A stretch of DNA of 64,000 nucleotides, from positions 1 through 64,000 of the forward strand of contig JBNKNM010000009.1 in NCBI GenBank assembly GCA_050293845.1, read 5' to 3'. The stretch is from Pseudobacteriovorax sp. GTDB taxonomy: Bacteria > Bdellovibrionota_B > Oligoflexia > Oligoflexales > Oligoflexaceae. The translations under genes and the position numbers were made by a program. The notes under the pieces are model-generated. The model saw only the letters and a program-made list of their open reading frames with translations, searched no databases and was not told the origin of the DNA. Below are positions 48,289 through 59,929 of this stretch, piece after piece. The stretch's first letter is position 1; each line of letters opens with the position of its first letter.

Positions 48289-50084
48289 ACAAGCAAGAGA
48301 ACATTCCAGACTATTATCCAGAGCAGCACCTGCCCCGACAGTCGTCGCTGCACTTTCGTCGCAATCGCTTTAAGCTTCTCGCCGGGATTTTTTTTTCAAT
48401 CTTTTTTGTCATTCTCTGCCGCGCTCTTTTCGTACTAACCAGTCCTCCTTCTGCGGACACTCTCAAAAGCCTGGCGCATCGACAGTATAATCGTTCTCTG
48501 AGTCTGTCTCCTTATCGCGGCACCATTTTTGATCGTCGCTCTGAGCCTTTGGCGATCTCCATTCGCAAGCCATCCATTTTTGTGAATCCGCGAGTCTTTG
48601 ATCCCAGCGCCAAAGAATTTACAAAACTAAGCAAGATTTTAAGTTTATCGACAGCCTCCCTTAAAAAAATTGCTCACAAAGATGCCTACTTTTACTGGTT
48701 AAAGCGAAAGGTGTCTCCCCACGAAGAAAAACGGGTTAAGAATCTTTCTTTGAAAGGTCTCCATTTTGTTCTTGAGCCTAGTCGGTATTACCCGTCTCAG
48801 CTTGCTAGTCAACTCATCGGGTATGTTGGTATTGATAATACAGGGCTTTTAGGCCTAGAGAAGCTATACGACAAAGTCTTACGCGGAGATCAAAACGAGA
48901 GTGTTATTAGCCGTGATGCCAAGGGGCGCATGATTCACTCAAAATCGGCCTCAGCAGCTCCACAAAAGCCAGGACAAAAAATTTACCTCAGTATTGATCG
49001 CGTAATACAAGAAATTACGGAAAAGGCTATAGCTCAGGGTGTTATGAAAGCCAAGGCCAAGTCTGGCTTTGCCATAGTATCGGACCCTCATACGGGTCAT
49101 TTACTCGCGGTAGCCAATTACCCCAAGTTTAATCCCAACGATTCTCGGACGATTACAAATTTTAATACCAGAAACTTCGCTCTTCTCGATCTTTTTGAAC
49201 CAGGTTCCGTCGTAAAACCCTTGGTGATCGGTCAGGCCATTGAGCAAAAACTTACCAGCCTTCAGGAAGTTTTAGAGGTGGATGATGGGGTTTACCAAGA
49301 AGACAACTGGCGCATCCGCGATACCCATGGCCATAGTACTCTCAGCACCCTCGAGATTCTGGCTAAATCAAGTAATATAGGTACCTATAAATTATCGAAG
49401 CGGCTAGGAAAAGAGGGATTATATCAAGTCTATAAGGGCTTCGGCATCGGAGATAGGTCACTGGGACTCGGATTTACCCACCAGGCTTTTGGCAGGATTC
49501 TTCATTGGTCAAAATGGCGCAATATACGTTTCGCCAATATCGCCTTCGGCCAAGGACTGATGGTTTCCGGATTGGAGTTAATCCAGGCTTTTGGCTCTAT
49601 TGCCAATGGGGGGCAACTTATGAAGCCCATTCTCATTACTAAAATTCAAGATGACTCGGGCCATGTTTCACTTACCAATCCACCTCAAGTGCTTAAAAGA
49701 ACCCTTTCCCTGAAAACAGCCCGGTTGATACGACAAGCACTCGAAGAAACCGTCAATCACGGTACAGGCCACAATGCTGCAAGCCTCCTTTATTCAACAG
49801 CAGGCAAAACAGGAACAACGGAAAAAATTGATCCCAAAACCAAGTCCTACTCCCAAAACTTACGCATCGCCTCGTTTGCTGGATTCACTCCCGTCCAAGA
49901 CCCCCACTTGGTTATCTATGTAATGATTGATGAGCCTTCTGTGAAACCGTATTATGGGGGCACTTGGGCAGCACCCGTCTTCAAAGCTATCGCAGAAAGT
50001 GCTTTAAAATATCTGAACGTGGCTCCAGACAAGAAACAGCCCCATCACTACATCAGTCAAAAAGAAGGTAGCAGTAAACTATGA
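48285..50084 (+). CDS. ftsI: Class B penicillin-binding protein (PBP3)
   Basis: RGTIFDR, GLLGLE, EPGSVVK (SxxK), SSN, KTGT. Confidence 0.92.
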   Translation: MNKQENIPDYYPEQHLPRQSSLHFRRNRFKLLAGIFFSIFFVILCRALFVLTSPPSADTLKSLAHRQYNRSLSLSPYRGTIFDRRSEPLAISIRKPSIFVNPRVFDPSAKEFTKLSKILSLSTASLKKIAHKDAYFYWLKRKVSPHEEKRVKNLSLKGLHFVLEPSRYYPSQLASQLIGYVGIDNTGLLGLEKLYDKVLRGDQNESVISRDAKGRMIHSKSASAAPQKPGQKIYLSIDRVIQEITEKAIAQGVMKAKAKSGFAIVSDPHTGHLLAVANYPKFNPNDSRTITNFNTRNFALLDLFEPGSVVKPLVIGQAIEQKLTSLQEVLEVDDGVYQEDNWRIRDTHGHSTLSTLEILAKSSNIGTYKLSKRLGKEGLYQVYKGFGIGDRSLGLGFTHQAFGRILHWSKWRNIRFANIAFGQGLMVSGLELIQAFGSIANGGQLMKPILITKIQDDSGHVSLTNPPQVLKRTLSLKTARLIRQALEETVNHGTGHNAASLLYSTAGKTGTTEKIDPKTKSYSQNLRIASFAGFTPVQDPHLVIYVMIDEPSVKPYYGGTWAAPVFKAIAESALKYLNVAPDKKQPHHYISQKEGSSKL

Positions 50085-51481
50085 GTGCGAACACTATGAC
50101 CAAATTACTCAGTCCTTTGGTAGAGGGCTTGGGGAAGGGTATGAAACTACCAGATAATCTACCAAACTTAATCCAAACAGATTCTCGCAAAATCAAACCT
50201 GGTCAATGGTTCTTACCCATTGTTGGTAAAAATCTCGACGGTCACCGGTTTATACATGCAGCCCTGGAACGGGGAGCTATTGGTTTTTTTTACCAAAAAG
50301 AACATTGCCTAGACCTTGATACAAAAACGCTAGACCAGGGTATTGCCGTTACCGATACCCTGCGCTTCTTTCAATCTCTTGCTAGTTCTTGGCGTCGCCA
50401 ATTCCCAAAACTGAAACTCATTGCCATTACTGGTTCTAGCGGTAAGACCACTGTTAAAGAGATGGTAACGCAGATTCTCTGTGAAGATGGGAAGGTCCTG
50501 GCCACCCAAGGTAGCTTTAATAACGAGGTGGGAGTTCCCATTACCCTTTGCCGACTCACCCCCGAACACAATTATGCTGTCATTGAAATGGGGGCACGGC
50601 ATCAAGGAGACATTGATTTTTTGATCCAGTTAGCGGACCCAGAGCTTGCGGTTGTCCTCAATATCGGCACCGCCCATGTCGGAGCCTTTGGTTCGGCTGA
50701 GAATATCCGAAAAGCGAAGTCTGAAATGATCATCAGCAGCGCTACCAACAGCACAGCTATTGTTCCTGGCTCAGATACGCAGCTTTTGGCACTAGCTAAA
50801 AAACATCATCAAACTTACCTATCTTTCGGTGAATCTATCCACGATAATGTCAGAATTACGAAGACCATTATTGGTAAAAATGGACGAATGACTGTAGATG
50901 TAGTCATTGATTCCCATCCGGTGTCCATTGATTTTCCTGTATACCACCTCGCCTACCCTATCAATATAGCAGCTTCCTGCGCTATCGCTCATGCCTTTAA
51001 GCTATCGCCTAAAGATATCAAGCGGGGTCTAGAAAAATACATCAGTATCAAAGGACGATACGCCATTTCTTTAGTAGGTGAGACAGTTGTCATTGATGAT
51101 ACCTATAATGCCAATCCTGACAGTATGGCCATGGGTTTGCGTTCAGTTGCCGAAAGCTTTGATCCAGACAGTACCATGTTTGTTTTAGGCGACATGTTGG
51201 AACTGGGCTCAGAATCATTGCGATTCCACCAAGAAATTGGTGCGTTATGTAGCCAGCTTTCTCCGCGAATGTTAGTAGCAGTGGGACGCGATGCTCGTTA
51301 TTATGGCAAAGGAGCGGAAAAACAAGGATACTCGCCAGAATGCATTGTATATTGTGACAACTGGGAAGTACTGGTTGCTAAGTTTTCTCAGTTACCCCCT
51401 TGCGATACTATCTTTGCAAAAGGTTCCCGGGGCGTGCAGTTGGATAAATTTGTCGACTATTTGTTAGAAACGAGGACGTAA
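50081..51481 (+). CDS. murF: UDP-MurNAc-tripeptide:D-Ala-D-Ala ligase
   Basis: TDSR, ITGSSGKTTVKE, FNNEVGVP, DDTYNANPDSM, GDMLELG, KGSRG. Confidence 0.95.
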   Translation: MSANTMTKLLSPLVEGLGKGMKLPDNLPNLIQTDSRKIKPGQWFLPIVGKNLDGHRFIHAALERGAIGFFYQKEHCLDLDTKTLDQGIAVTDTLRFFQSLASSWRRQFPKLKLIAITGSSGKTTVKEMVTQILCEDGKVLATQGSFNNEVGVPITLCRLTPEHNYAVIEMGARHQGDIDFLIQLADPELAVVLNIGTAHVGAFGSAENIRKAKSEMIISSATNSTAIVPGSDTQLLALAKKHHQTYLSFGESIHDNVRITKTIIGKNGRMTVDVVIDSHPVSIDFPVYHLAYPINIAASCAIAHAFKLSPKDIKRGLEKYISIKGRYAISLVGETVVIDDTYNANPDSMAMGLRSVAESFDPDSTMFVLGDMLELGSESLRFHQEIGALCSQLSPRMLVAVGRDARYYGKGAEKQGYSPECIVYCDNWEVLVAKFSQLPPCDTIFAKGSRGVQLDKFVDYLLETRT

Positions 51482-52555
51482 GTGCTTTATCACCTTTTTC
51501 TTGAACTTACTGATTATATTAGTTTTTTTAATGTTACTCGCTATATTACCTTTCGCGCTCTGGCAGCACTGCTGACCGCCTTATTCATCAGCTTTCTTCT
51601 GTCGCCCTGGTTTATACGCAAGCTAAAAAACCGTCAAATAGGCCAGCAAGTCCGCAACGATGGTCCAGAAAGTCATTTTTCTAAGGCTGGTACCCCAACT
51701 ATGGGAGGAGGACTTATCCTGTTTGCCACCCTTCTCCCTTCTCTTTTATGGATGGACTGGCAAAATAGTTTGCTCTGGTCGGTACTAACTATCACTTTTA
51801 GCTATGGCCTCATCGGCTTTCTGGATGACTATTTAAAAATCTCCAAAAAAAACAGCAAGGGACTTGCAGGAAAAAAGAAGCTTGCCGGCCAGTTCATAAT
51901 TGCCGGTATCATTTGCACTCTTTACTATCTTCATTTTGACAATGGTGAATTGCGCTTTCCCTTTTTCAAAGACTTGCGTATCGATTTAGGGTGGCTCTAT
52001 ATTCCCTTTTCTGCGCTAGTTATTGTCGGCTCCAGTAACGCCGTAAACCTCACTGATGGATTAGATGGGTTGGCTATAGGGCCGGTCATGACCACGGCCA
52101 GCACCTTTGCCATTCTCTCTTATGTAGCCGGGCACAGTAAAATTGCCGAGTATCTGCAAATTCCTTATCTGCCAGGTTCCGGTGAGCTGGCCATATTTTG
52201 TGCTTGTCTCGTAGGGGCCGGTATGGGTTTTTTGTGGTACAACACCTACCCTGCCCAAGTATTTATGGGTGATGTGGGATCATTACCTTTAGGAGGAGCA
52301 TTAGGCACCGTTGCCGTCTTCACTAAAAATGAGATACTGCTAGCTATTATTGGTGGGATTTTTGTAATCGAAGCAATATCGGTGATTACTCAGGTCGCCT
52401 CCTTCAAATTAACAGGTAAACGAATATTTCGCATGGCACCAATCCACCATCACTTTGAACTGAAGGGATGGCCGGAACCAAAGGTGATTGTGAGATTTTG
52501 GATTATTTCTATAATGCTGGCCATTGTAGGTCTTATGAGCTTGAAATTGCGATGA
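51482..52555 (+). CDS. mraY: Phospho-MurNAc-pentapeptide transferase
   Basis: [40 protein letters not shown]. Confidence 0.98.
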   Translation: MLYHLFLELTDYISFFNVTRYITFRALAALLTALFISFLLSPWFIRKLKNRQIGQQVRNDGPESHFSKAGTPTMGGGLILFATLLPSLLWMDWQNSLLWSVLTITFSYGLIGFLDDYLKISKKNSKGLAGKKKLAGQFIIAGIICTLYYLHFDNGELRFPFFKDLRIDLGWLYIPFSALVIVGSSNAVNLTDGLDGLAIGPVMTTASTFAILSYVAGHSKIAEYLQIPYLPGSGELAIFCACLVGAGMGFLWYNTYPAQVFMGDVGSLPLGGALGTVAVFTKNEILLAIIGGIFVIEAISVITQVASFKLTGKRIFRMAPIHHHFELKGWPEPKVIVRFWIISIMLAIVGLMSLKLR

Positions 52556-53922
52556 AAAAAGTACTGATTCTTGGTTCTGGAATTTCCGGTATCGGAGTGG
52601 CCAAGCTACTGAGAAAACAGCAATTTGAGTGCTTGCTCTCTGACATAAACCCCATTGCTCGTGAAAAAATCATATCCCTCGAACAACTAGGCGTTCAGGT
52701 CTATTCTGGGGTCCAAACAAAGGAGCTGCTTGATGATATTGATTTAATTGTACCTAGCCCGGGTATCCCTTTATCCGTTCCCATATTGCAGCAAGCTCAG
52801 TCCCTTGCCATTCCCATCCAGTCCGATGTTCAAATAGCTCGTCAATTCTTTTCTGGGGATATCATAGGAGTTACAGGAACTAATGGCAAATCGACGACGG
52901 TAGAACTTATAGCTCATCTCTTAAACAAGCAAAATATTCGTGCTGTGGCTGTGGGAAATGTTGGGATATCACCTTGCGAACTATTAGCATCTCAGCCACA
53001 ACCTCAGGTTTTGGTCATGGAGCTGTCATCCTACCAACTAGAGAGCTGTGATCATATGGATGTAAAAGTGAGTGTTTTCACCTCATTCGCTCCCGATCAC
53101 TTGGCAAGACACGGTACGATGGACAACTATTTTCAAGCTAAATGGAAGCTCTACTCGCAAACACAAGAAGGAGGAAGCATTATTTTTTCTCCATCGTTTT
53201 TAAGTTTTCTTAAAACTCATCCCCAAAGCGAAAGGGGTGACTTGCAAGTTTATGTAGTAGGGAGATGTAGGCAACATGAGAGCCATTCCCGTTACCGGTT
53301 CGTTGACACCACAGCAACCAGCGTGAAAATTGATGATACTCCCTATCAATTACCTCCTTGGGGACTGCACAATAGAACGAATGCCATTTTTGCAGTTATA
53401 TCTTGTTTAAAGCTAGGTATAAAGCTCCCCTTTGACCTAAGACCCGTTTTGCAGGATTTCCATTTCCTACCCTTTAGATTTCAGATTATCGGTAAACTTT
53501 CTGGCTGCAGTATTGTCAATGACTCCAAGGCCACCAACGTTGAAGCCACCCGCGTTGCCATGGAGTCTATGGATGATAATTTTTATCTCTTGCTGGGAGG
53601 TCAAGGCAAAGGGGAGTCATTCACCAGCCTGAACCACCTGAAACAGGGTGTCTTAAAGGCTTTTTGCTTTGGAGAAAGCGCACTGGAAATCTACCAACAA
53701 ATCGATTTTGCGCACAAATCCTACCATGATACACTAGAGCTAGCAGTAAATGCGCTCATACAGGAATTTTCATTACATCCGGGACCGATCCTCTTCTCTC
53801 CCGCATGCGCAAGCTTTGATGAATTTAAAAACTTCGAACATAGAGGTCATGTCTTTAACCTACTTATGTCAAAATTACCGGAGTTTCAATCATGGTCGGC
53901 TCCCCCTCCAATAGCAACTTAG
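52552..53922 (+). CDS. murD: UDP-MurNAc-L-Ala:D-Glu ligase
   Basis: [45 protein letters not shown] 52552 overlaps the mraY stop. Confidence 0.95.
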   Translation: MKKVLILGSGISGIGVAKLLRKQQFECLLSDINPIAREKIISLEQLGVQVYSGVQTKELLDDIDLIVPSPGIPLSVPILQQAQSLAIPIQSDVQIARQFFSGDIIGVTGTNGKSTTVELIAHLLNKQNIRAVAVGNVGISPCELLASQPQPQVLVMELSSYQLESCDHMDVKVSVFTSFAPDHLARHGTMDNYFQAKWKLYSQTQEGGSIIFSPSFLSFLKTHPQSERGDLQVYVVGRCRQHESHSRYRFVDTTATSVKIDDTPYQLPPWGLHNRTNAIFAVISCLKLGIKLPFDLRPVLQDFHFLPFRFQIIGKLSGCSIVNDSKATNVEATRVAMESMDDNFYLLLGGQGKGESFTSLNHLKQGVLKAFCFGESALEIYQQIDFAHKSYHDTLELAVNALIQEFSLHPGPILFSPACASFDEFKNFEHRGHVFNLLMSKLPEFQSWSAPPPIAT

Positions 53923-55007
53923 TACTATGCACCCTGATCCTGTCTACCTTAGGTATTATCTTTATCTTTTCAGCTTCTAGTGTGCCAGCGGATCAGAATT
54001 ACGGCGATATTTTCCATTTCGTCAAACGGCAAGGCCTAGTTCTTGTCATTGGTACCCTGTCCGGATACTGTATCTATCGCCTTCCCCTTGTTGGGTTATC
54101 ACGTTTGATACTTCCCTTATTTTGTACTGCAGTTGTATTGTTGCTGTGCACTCATATTCCTCTATTTAGTAAAACAGTAAATGGAGCTTCCCGCTGGATT
54201 AAGTGGGGGGTGATAAATTTTCAGCCAGCAGAACTGGTAAAATTAGCTGTTATCCTCTTAGTAGCCAAAAACCTATCCCGGCCAAAATTTTCTGGTCTTA
54301 ATAGATGGCGAGGAATCATGAGTTCCTCAGTCCCCCTCATAGTTCTCATTCCTATTTTAATGCTCCAGCCAGACTTTGGAACCTCTCTTTTACTTTGTCT
54401 TGTTGTTTTTACTATGCTGTTTGTAAGTGGTCTTAGCACACGTTACGTTGTCGCCAGTATTGGAGCTGGTATCTTGGCCATTGGCATTGCCATTTGGCAA
54501 GCTCCCTATCGCATGGCTCGCATCGCTAGCTTTTTAGATCCTTGGCAGTCTGTGAAGACTGGCGGATTTCAAATTATCCAAAGTTACTTGGGCTTCTATA
54601 ACGGAGGTATGACAGGATTAGGCATTGGTCGCTCGCGCCAGAAGCTATTTTTCCTTCCTGAAGCGCACACCGATTTTATCCTTTCGGTTATCGGAGAAGA
54701 ACTAGGGTTTTTGGGTGTAGCTCTTGTGATAGGATTATTCGCCTTTTTGGTCTATTTAGGCTTAGTGATCACCTATCGGCAGCATGAAATCTTCCAAAAA
54801 TTATTAGCATTCGGGTTAACGTGCTTGATTGCCTTTCAAGCCTCCATCAATATGGGGGTTGCGGTGGGACTCTTGCCCACTAAAGGGATGCCGCTGCCCT
54901 TCATTAGCTATGGAGCTAGCTCACTCCTGGTTTTTTTGTGGGTGGTGGCGATTTTAGCACGGCTAAATACTGACACAGGTAAAACCCATGAAATACACAA
55001 AACCTAG
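53892..55007 (+). CDS. ftsW: SEDS peptidoglycan polymerase FtsW
   Basis: GASRWI, QPAE, QPDFG, LPEAHTDFI, GEELG, PFISYG. Confidence 0.95.
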   Translation: MVGSPSNSNLVLCTLILSTLGIIFIFSASSVPADQNYGDIFHFVKRQGLVLVIGTLSGYCIYRLPLVGLSRLILPLFCTAVVLLLCTHIPLFSKTVNGASRWIKWGVINFQPAELVKLAVILLVAKNLSRPKFSGLNRWRGIMSSSVPLIVLIPILMLQPDFGTSLLLCLVVFTMLFVSGLSTRYVVASIGAGILAIGIAIWQAPYRMARIASFLDPWQSVKTGGFQIIQSYLGFYNGGMTGLGIGRSRQKLFFLPEAHTDFILSVIGEELGFLGVALVIGLFAFLVYLGLVITYRQHEIFQKLLAFGLTCLIAFQASINMGVAVGLLPTKGMPLPFISYGASSLLVFLWVVAILARLNTDTGKTHEIHKT

Positions 55008-56376
55008 TAATATCCACCTGATAGGCATCTCCGGCTCCGGAATGAAGCCTCTTGCTGAAATAGCTCTAGCCCAAGGTTATCGTGTATCGGGTAGCGATAT
55101 GCTACCGGCTTCCAGTCTCGTTTCTCTCGGGGCCCAGATTCGCACGGGACAGCAGGCCGAAAACATCCCTAAAGACTGCGATTTAGTGGTTTATTCGAGC
55201 GCTATTCCAGCTACAAACCCCGAGCTTATAGCGGCGCACTCTCGTTCCATTCCCACTATTCATCGCTCTGAATTCTTAAACATACTATGCCGTGGCAAGA
55301 AATTGATTGCCGTAGCTGGCACCCATGGCAAAACATCCACCACAGCGCTCATCGCCCATCTTCTTGATTATTGTGGCTTTTCTCCAACAGCATTCATTGG
55401 CGGGGAGATTATTGGCAAGGAGCGGTCAAGTTATTATGGTGATGGAGAATACTTTGTCGCGGAGGTCGATGAATCCGATGGCACCATTTTAAATTTTCAT
55501 CCTTTTGTCGGTATTATCAATAATATTGACCTCGATCATCTCAACTACTATAGAGATCTCCAGCACATCAAAGATACCTTCTTACAATTTTGTCGTCAGG
55601 CTGACCCCGACGGAGGCCTTGTTTTTGGCTGGGATAACCCTGACAGTCAGGAGGTTGGACTCCAGTTTACCAATGAAAATCGCCTGGCTTTCGGTTGCCA
55701 AATCGGGTGCGACGTAAGGGGGCTTTCATTTGTGGCTACAAACTCAAATTCTCAATTCACAGCCATGGTAGAGCGTGAAAAGGTATCGGGAACAGTGCCA
55801 TGCTTTGGTAAGCATAATTTTCAAAATATTCTTTGTGCATTAGCTGTTGCTAGTATCTTAGACATCGATATAAAGCAAGCCTGTGCCGCACTGCAATCGT
55901 TTTCTGGCGTTAAAAGACGACTTAACTGTCATTACTCCTCAAATACTTTAAAAATCTTTGACGACTATGCCCACAACCCCGGTAAAATCCAAGCGGTTAT
56001 CAGTGCCTTAAGAACAGCATTTCCTGATTGGTATTTGTTAATTGTATTTCAACCACATCGGTACACGCGTATGACTACCATGTATCAAGAATTTGTCGCT
56101 TCTTTTGCAGACGCTAATAGGGTTCTAGTGACTAAAATATTCTCAGCTGGTGAGGCGCATGATGCATCATATGATGAGCAACAGTTTTGTCAGGATCTGA
56201 GAAAATGCAGCCAGACCTCTTGTCAGTTGATTACCGGTGATTTATCGGCAAATGCTATCCTAGAGGGATGCGCAAGATCCACACCAACAGTTATACTAAC
56301 TGTTGGTGCTGGCGATATTCATCATCTGAGTTATCAATTGAGGAATCTGGTTCATGAAGAAAAAAGACGCGAATAG
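54988..56376 (+). CDS. murC: UDP-MurNAc:L-Ala ligase
   Basis: IGISGSGM, AGTHGKTSTT, EVDESDG, DDYAHNP, FQPHRYTR. Confidence 0.95.
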   Translation: MKYTKPSNIHLIGISGSGMKPLAEIALAQGYRVSGSDMLPASSLVSLGAQIRTGQQAENIPKDCDLVVYSSAIPATNPELIAAHSRSIPTIHRSEFLNILCRGKKLIAVAGTHGKTSTTALIAHLLDYCGFSPTAFIGGEIIGKERSSYYGDGEYFVAEVDESDGTILNFHPFVGIINNIDLDHLNYYRDLQHIKDTFLQFCRQADPDGGLVFGWDNPDSQEVGLQFTNENRLAFGCQIGCDVRGLSFVATNSNSQFTAMVEREKVSGTVPCFGKHNFQNILCALAVASILDIDIKQACAALQSFSGVKRRLNCHYSSNTLKIFDDYAHNPGKIQAVISALRTAFPDWYLLIVFQPHRYTRMTTMYQEFVASFADANRVLVTKIFSAGEAHDASYDEQQFCQDLRKCSQTSCQLITGDLSANAILEGCARSTPTVILTVGAGDIHHLSYQLRNLVHEEKRRE

Positions 56377-57169
56377 TAAAACTGAACTGCTAGCTAATCA
56401 GAAGCTAAGTTCCCGCAAAAAAATAGGTTTTAAATGCCTTAAACCTAGTAAGAACCTAATCTATATCGCCACTCTGTTTATCATGTTAGCTTTTATTCCT
56501 TATGGATTATCATATTTACCAAAAGTTAATAGCTCTATACACATTTCGAGTCGACAGTGGGACCATGAAAAATTAGAGAAGCAATTAACAACAAAAGTTA
56601 AAGATAAAACATTCAAAGATTTTAAGGCCGTAAAGCAGATAACTAAAAAAATTCAACGGAATGTATCTGCAAGCCAAGTGCACCTTTTCAGAACTAAGTG
56701 GGACCAGGTTATTGCCGATTTTTCTTTTTATAAGCCAGTTGCTGGAATTTTCTTAGGATCACCGCGACTCGTCAGTTCTGACAGCAAAGTCTTCGGCATT
56801 TATGATGAAGCCAAACATTCGCAGCTTCCCTACATAAAAGGAATCGAAATTGCGAATGAATTGATCTATCTAGATGATAATTCCATGAGAATATCAGAAA
56901 AGAATCTCCGGTTAATTCAAGAGGCACTCTTACTTATCGAGCTAGGTATAAGTTACAATATAAATTATAAAACTATATTGTTTGATCCTTACCGAGGATT
57001 TGCCGCAATGTTACGCGGTAAAAGAATCCGGGTTGAGATGGGTCGATCCCCCTTTGAAAATAGATACAAAAAGCTCGAAAAGATACTAGCTGCTCTTGAG
57101 AAGAAAAAAGTTCACACTGCACGCATCGAACTAGATTTTCCAGGAAAGGCTTTTATTAAAGAGTTTTAA
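56354..57169 (+). CDS. ftsQ: Divergent FtsQ/DivIB-like protein
   Basis: Basic N-tail, one TM, C-terminal RIELDFPGKAFIK; position before ftsA. Confidence 0.65.
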   Translation: MKKKDANSKTELLANQKLSSRKKIGFKCLKPSKNLIYIATLFIMLAFIPYGLSYLPKVNSSIHISSRQWDHEKLEKQLTTKVKDKTFKDFKAVKQITKKIQRNVSASQVHLFRTKWDQVIADFSFYKPVAGIFLGSPRLVSSDSKVFGIYDEAKHSQLPYIKGIEIANELIYLDDNSMRISEKNLRLIQEALLLIELGISYNINYKTILFDPYRGFAAMLRGKRIRVEMGRSPFENRYKKLEKILAALEKKKVHTARIELDFPGKAFIKEF

Positions 57170-57187
57170 AATTTATAAGGATAGCGT

Positions 57188-58390
57188 GTGACTCGAGTAA
57201 ATCATATCAATGCTATTGATCTGGGAACTACAAAATTTTGTGTTGCAACATTATCACAAACTCATGGTCAGACCTCACTCAAAGTTGTCGATGTTCCAGC
57301 AGCAGGTATGCGCCGAGGTATGTTAAGCGACTTTACCTTAGCTAAAGAAGCCCTGGGACAATTGATTGTAAAAGCTGAAAGTGAATTACAAATTGATATT
57401 CGCAAAGTGGTTATAGGTGTCGCGGGTAGCCACCTACAGGGTCGCATAGAGCAACGTGAGATATCTATTCGAGATCCCTATATTAATGGGTCTCATATTG
57501 ACCTTCTATCCAACTTAGTTTTGCAACAGGGTCAAGTTCCTCAAAGAGAAATTCTGCACTGTATCCCTATTTGTTTTTCCATTGACAATAGAGAGCCTAT
57601 TCAAAACCCCTTAAATTTTACAGGGCAGAAATTAATGGGGAAATTTTTTGTGATCGACTCTGATCGTAACTATCTAAAAGACTTAATTAGGCTCTGTAAT
57701 ATCTGTGGACTAGAGGTCGTCCAGCTGTACTCAGAACCATTTGCATCCGCTAGCGTCATTGTTGATGATAAATTAAAGCATTTAGGAATCGTCGTAGCAG
57801 ATATCGGTGGTGGAACCACTGATGGTATCGTTTTTCAAAATGGACGACCTGTTGATATTTTTACCATTAACATAGCTGGTTCCTTGATGACCAAAGACAT
57901 ATCTCTTGGCTTAAATCTAGATCTGCATTCTGCACAAACTCTAAAAGAAACCTATGGTCTTGCCACAAATTACGGTATGGCATCCCCTGCAATCAAGGAT
58001 ATTCATGGTAATTCTCAAAGGATCGAAAACAAGGATATCGCCGCAATACTCGGTCCCCGAGTGTCAGAGCTAGGGGCTCATCTTGCCAACAATCTAAGGA
58101 TGTATAAAGGCTTTTTAGGTGGTGGAATTCTATTTACGGGAGGCGGCAGCAGCCTTCAAGGATTGGAACAATTTTTAAGTCAACGCTTCCAGGTAAATGT
58201 GCGACGCGCCCGACCGGATCTTAAAATTCTCTCAAAACCAGATCAATATCCTGGACGTTACGCCACTGTTATTGGGCTGTTAAATCTGGAAATCGGCCGT
58301 ATGAATCTAAAGCTGAATAGAAACGCCAACTCTTGGCCTAAAAAATATTTTAGCCAGTTTTTTAACTGGGTGAAAGAGCTAGCAGACTAA
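57188..58390 (+). CDS. ftsA: Cell division protein FtsA
   Basis: IDLGTTK, GMRRG, DIGGGTTD, TGGGSSL, YATVIGL. Confidence 0.9.
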   Translation: MTRVNHINAIDLGTTKFCVATLSQTHGQTSLKVVDVPAAGMRRGMLSDFTLAKEALGQLIVKAESELQIDIRKVVIGVAGSHLQGRIEQREISIRDPYINGSHIDLLSNLVLQQGQVPQREILHCIPICFSIDNREPIQNPLNFTGQKLMGKFFVIDSDRNYLKDLIRLCNICGLEVVQLYSEPFASASVIVDDKLKHLGIVVADIGGGTTDGIVFQNGRPVDIFTINIAGSLMTKDISLGLNLDLHSAQTLKETYGLATNYGMASPAIKDIHGNSQRIENKDIAAILGPRVSELGAHLANNLRMYKGFLGGGILFTGGGSSLQGLEQFLSQRFQVNVRRARPDLKILSKPDQYPGRYATVIGLLNLEIGRMNLKLNRNANSWPKKYFSQFFNWVKELAD

Positions 58391-58441
58391 GGTTATCGCC
58401 TTTTTGTTCACTTTTTTTCTAAATTTTGATAATTATTCAAA

Positions 58442-58471
58442 TTGACACGTCATTCCTTTCCTCTCTATAAT
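58442..58471 (+). promoter_or_regulatory. Consensus sigma70 promoter for ftsZ
   Basis: TTGACA-N18-TATAAT in the ftsA-ftsZ gap. Confidence 0.75.
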
Positions 58472-58519
58472 TCTTAAGATCGACTACCTTCAAATCAAAA
58501 ATAATTCTGGGAGAGTGCT

Positions 58520-59929
58520 ATGACATTCGATCCTGATAATTTCGTACCACCAGCAGCCAATATCAAAGTTTTTGGAATTGGAGGAGGTGGGGGAAATGCC
58601 ATCAATACCATGATACGTACAAACATCGAAGGTGTTGAGTTTATTGCTGCCAACACTGATGTCCAAGCGCTACGATTTTCTCTCGCTGAAAATAAAATAC
58701 AGATCGGCAAAGAGTTAACTAAAGGGTTAGGCGCTGGTGCAGACCCCGATATTGGCCGCGATGCTATGCTAGAGGATCGTCATTCTATTGCCGAAGCCCT
58801 ACAAGGGGCTAATATGGTTTTTATAACTGCCGGTATGGGGGGGGGCACCGGGACAGGTGGGGCTGCCATTGCTGCCCAAATAGCTAGAGAGCAGGGAGCA
58901 CTCACTGTAGGTGTGGTCACCAAGCCTTTTGCTTTTGAAGGGAAAAGACGAGCTAAGTACGCTGAAGAAGGTATTTCGCGAATCAAGGATCACGTAGATA
59001 CTCTTATCACTATACCAAATCAAAAGTTGCTTCAGATTGCCAGTCCTGAACTTTCCATGATCGACGCCTTCCGATTTGCTGACAACGTATTAGTAAACGC
59101 TGTTAAGGGTATTTCGGATATTATTAATATACCCGGTACCGTTAACGTTGATTTTGCTGATGTGAAAACTGTGATGTCCAGTATGGGAATGGCTCTGATG
59201 GGAATTGGCGAGTCAGAAGGAACTGATCGAGCTGAGGAGGCGGCCACCCGTGCGATTCAAAGTCCCCTCTTAGAAGATATCGATATTGAAGGTGCCACTG
59301 GTATTCTGATCAATATTACAGCCGGTGAAAATGTCTCACTTATAGAAGTAAATCATGCTTGCTCTATTATCCAGGAGGCAGCTCACGAGGAGGCTAATAT
59401 TATTTTTGGTGCTGTCATAGACGAAAATATTGGCAATATCATGCGCGTAACAGTTATAGCTACTGGCTTTCCTACAGAGGACCACTTTCGTCCCAAAGCA
59501 ACACCTACAGCTTCTCACGTACCTGTTTTTTCAAAAACTTCCACCACACCATTAGCAGCTAAGGAGCCCTCACCTCCTGTGCAAAGTTCTTCAAAATTAG
59601 AAGAAAAGATGACTGATATTACCCTAAACCAAAGACCCTTATTTGATGATGAAGATCACCTCGAATTAAGTGGAAACTCTTTTACTGAAGATAGCTCCGA
59701 TGAGGATATTAAAGAAGAATCTCCAGCAGATCACGAACGCATTGAAGGTGCTACAATACAAAAGCCAGAGGCCCATAACCTGCAACATGAAGATATGGAT
59801 CTTAAAATTGATGCGGCCCTGAAAATTGCTGAAAAATTAAGCCGCGCTGGTGTGGAAAAAGATAATGAGGATGAAATTGAGGTGCCTTCCTTTTTAAGAA
59901 AAGACACTACGGATATGTCTTTAAGCTAG
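58520..59929 (+). CDS. ftsZ: Cell division protein FtsZ
   Basis: [22 protein letters not shown], long acidic linker, EVPSFLRK tail. Confidence 0.98.
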   Translation: MTFDPDNFVPPAANIKVFGIGGGGGNAINTMIRTNIEGVEFIAANTDVQALRFSLAENKIQIGKELTKGLGAGADPDIGRDAMLEDRHSIAEALQGANMVFITAGMGGGTGTGGAAIAAQIAREQGALTVGVVTKPFAFEGKRRAKYAEEGISRIKDHVDTLITIPNQKLLQIASPELSMIDAFRFADNVLVNAVKGISDIINIPGTVNVDFADVKTVMSSMGMALMGIGESEGTDRAEEAATRAIQSPLLEDIDIEGATGILINITAGENVSLIEVNHACSIIQEAAHEEANIIFGAVIDENIGNIMRVTVIATGFPTEDHFRPKATPTASHVPVFSKTSTTPLAAKEPSPPVQSSSKLEEKMTDITLNQRPLFDDEDHLELSGNSFTEDSSDEDIKEESPADHERIEGATIQKPEAHNLQHEDMDLKIDAALKIAEKLSRAGVEKDNEDEIEVPSFLRKDTTDMSLS

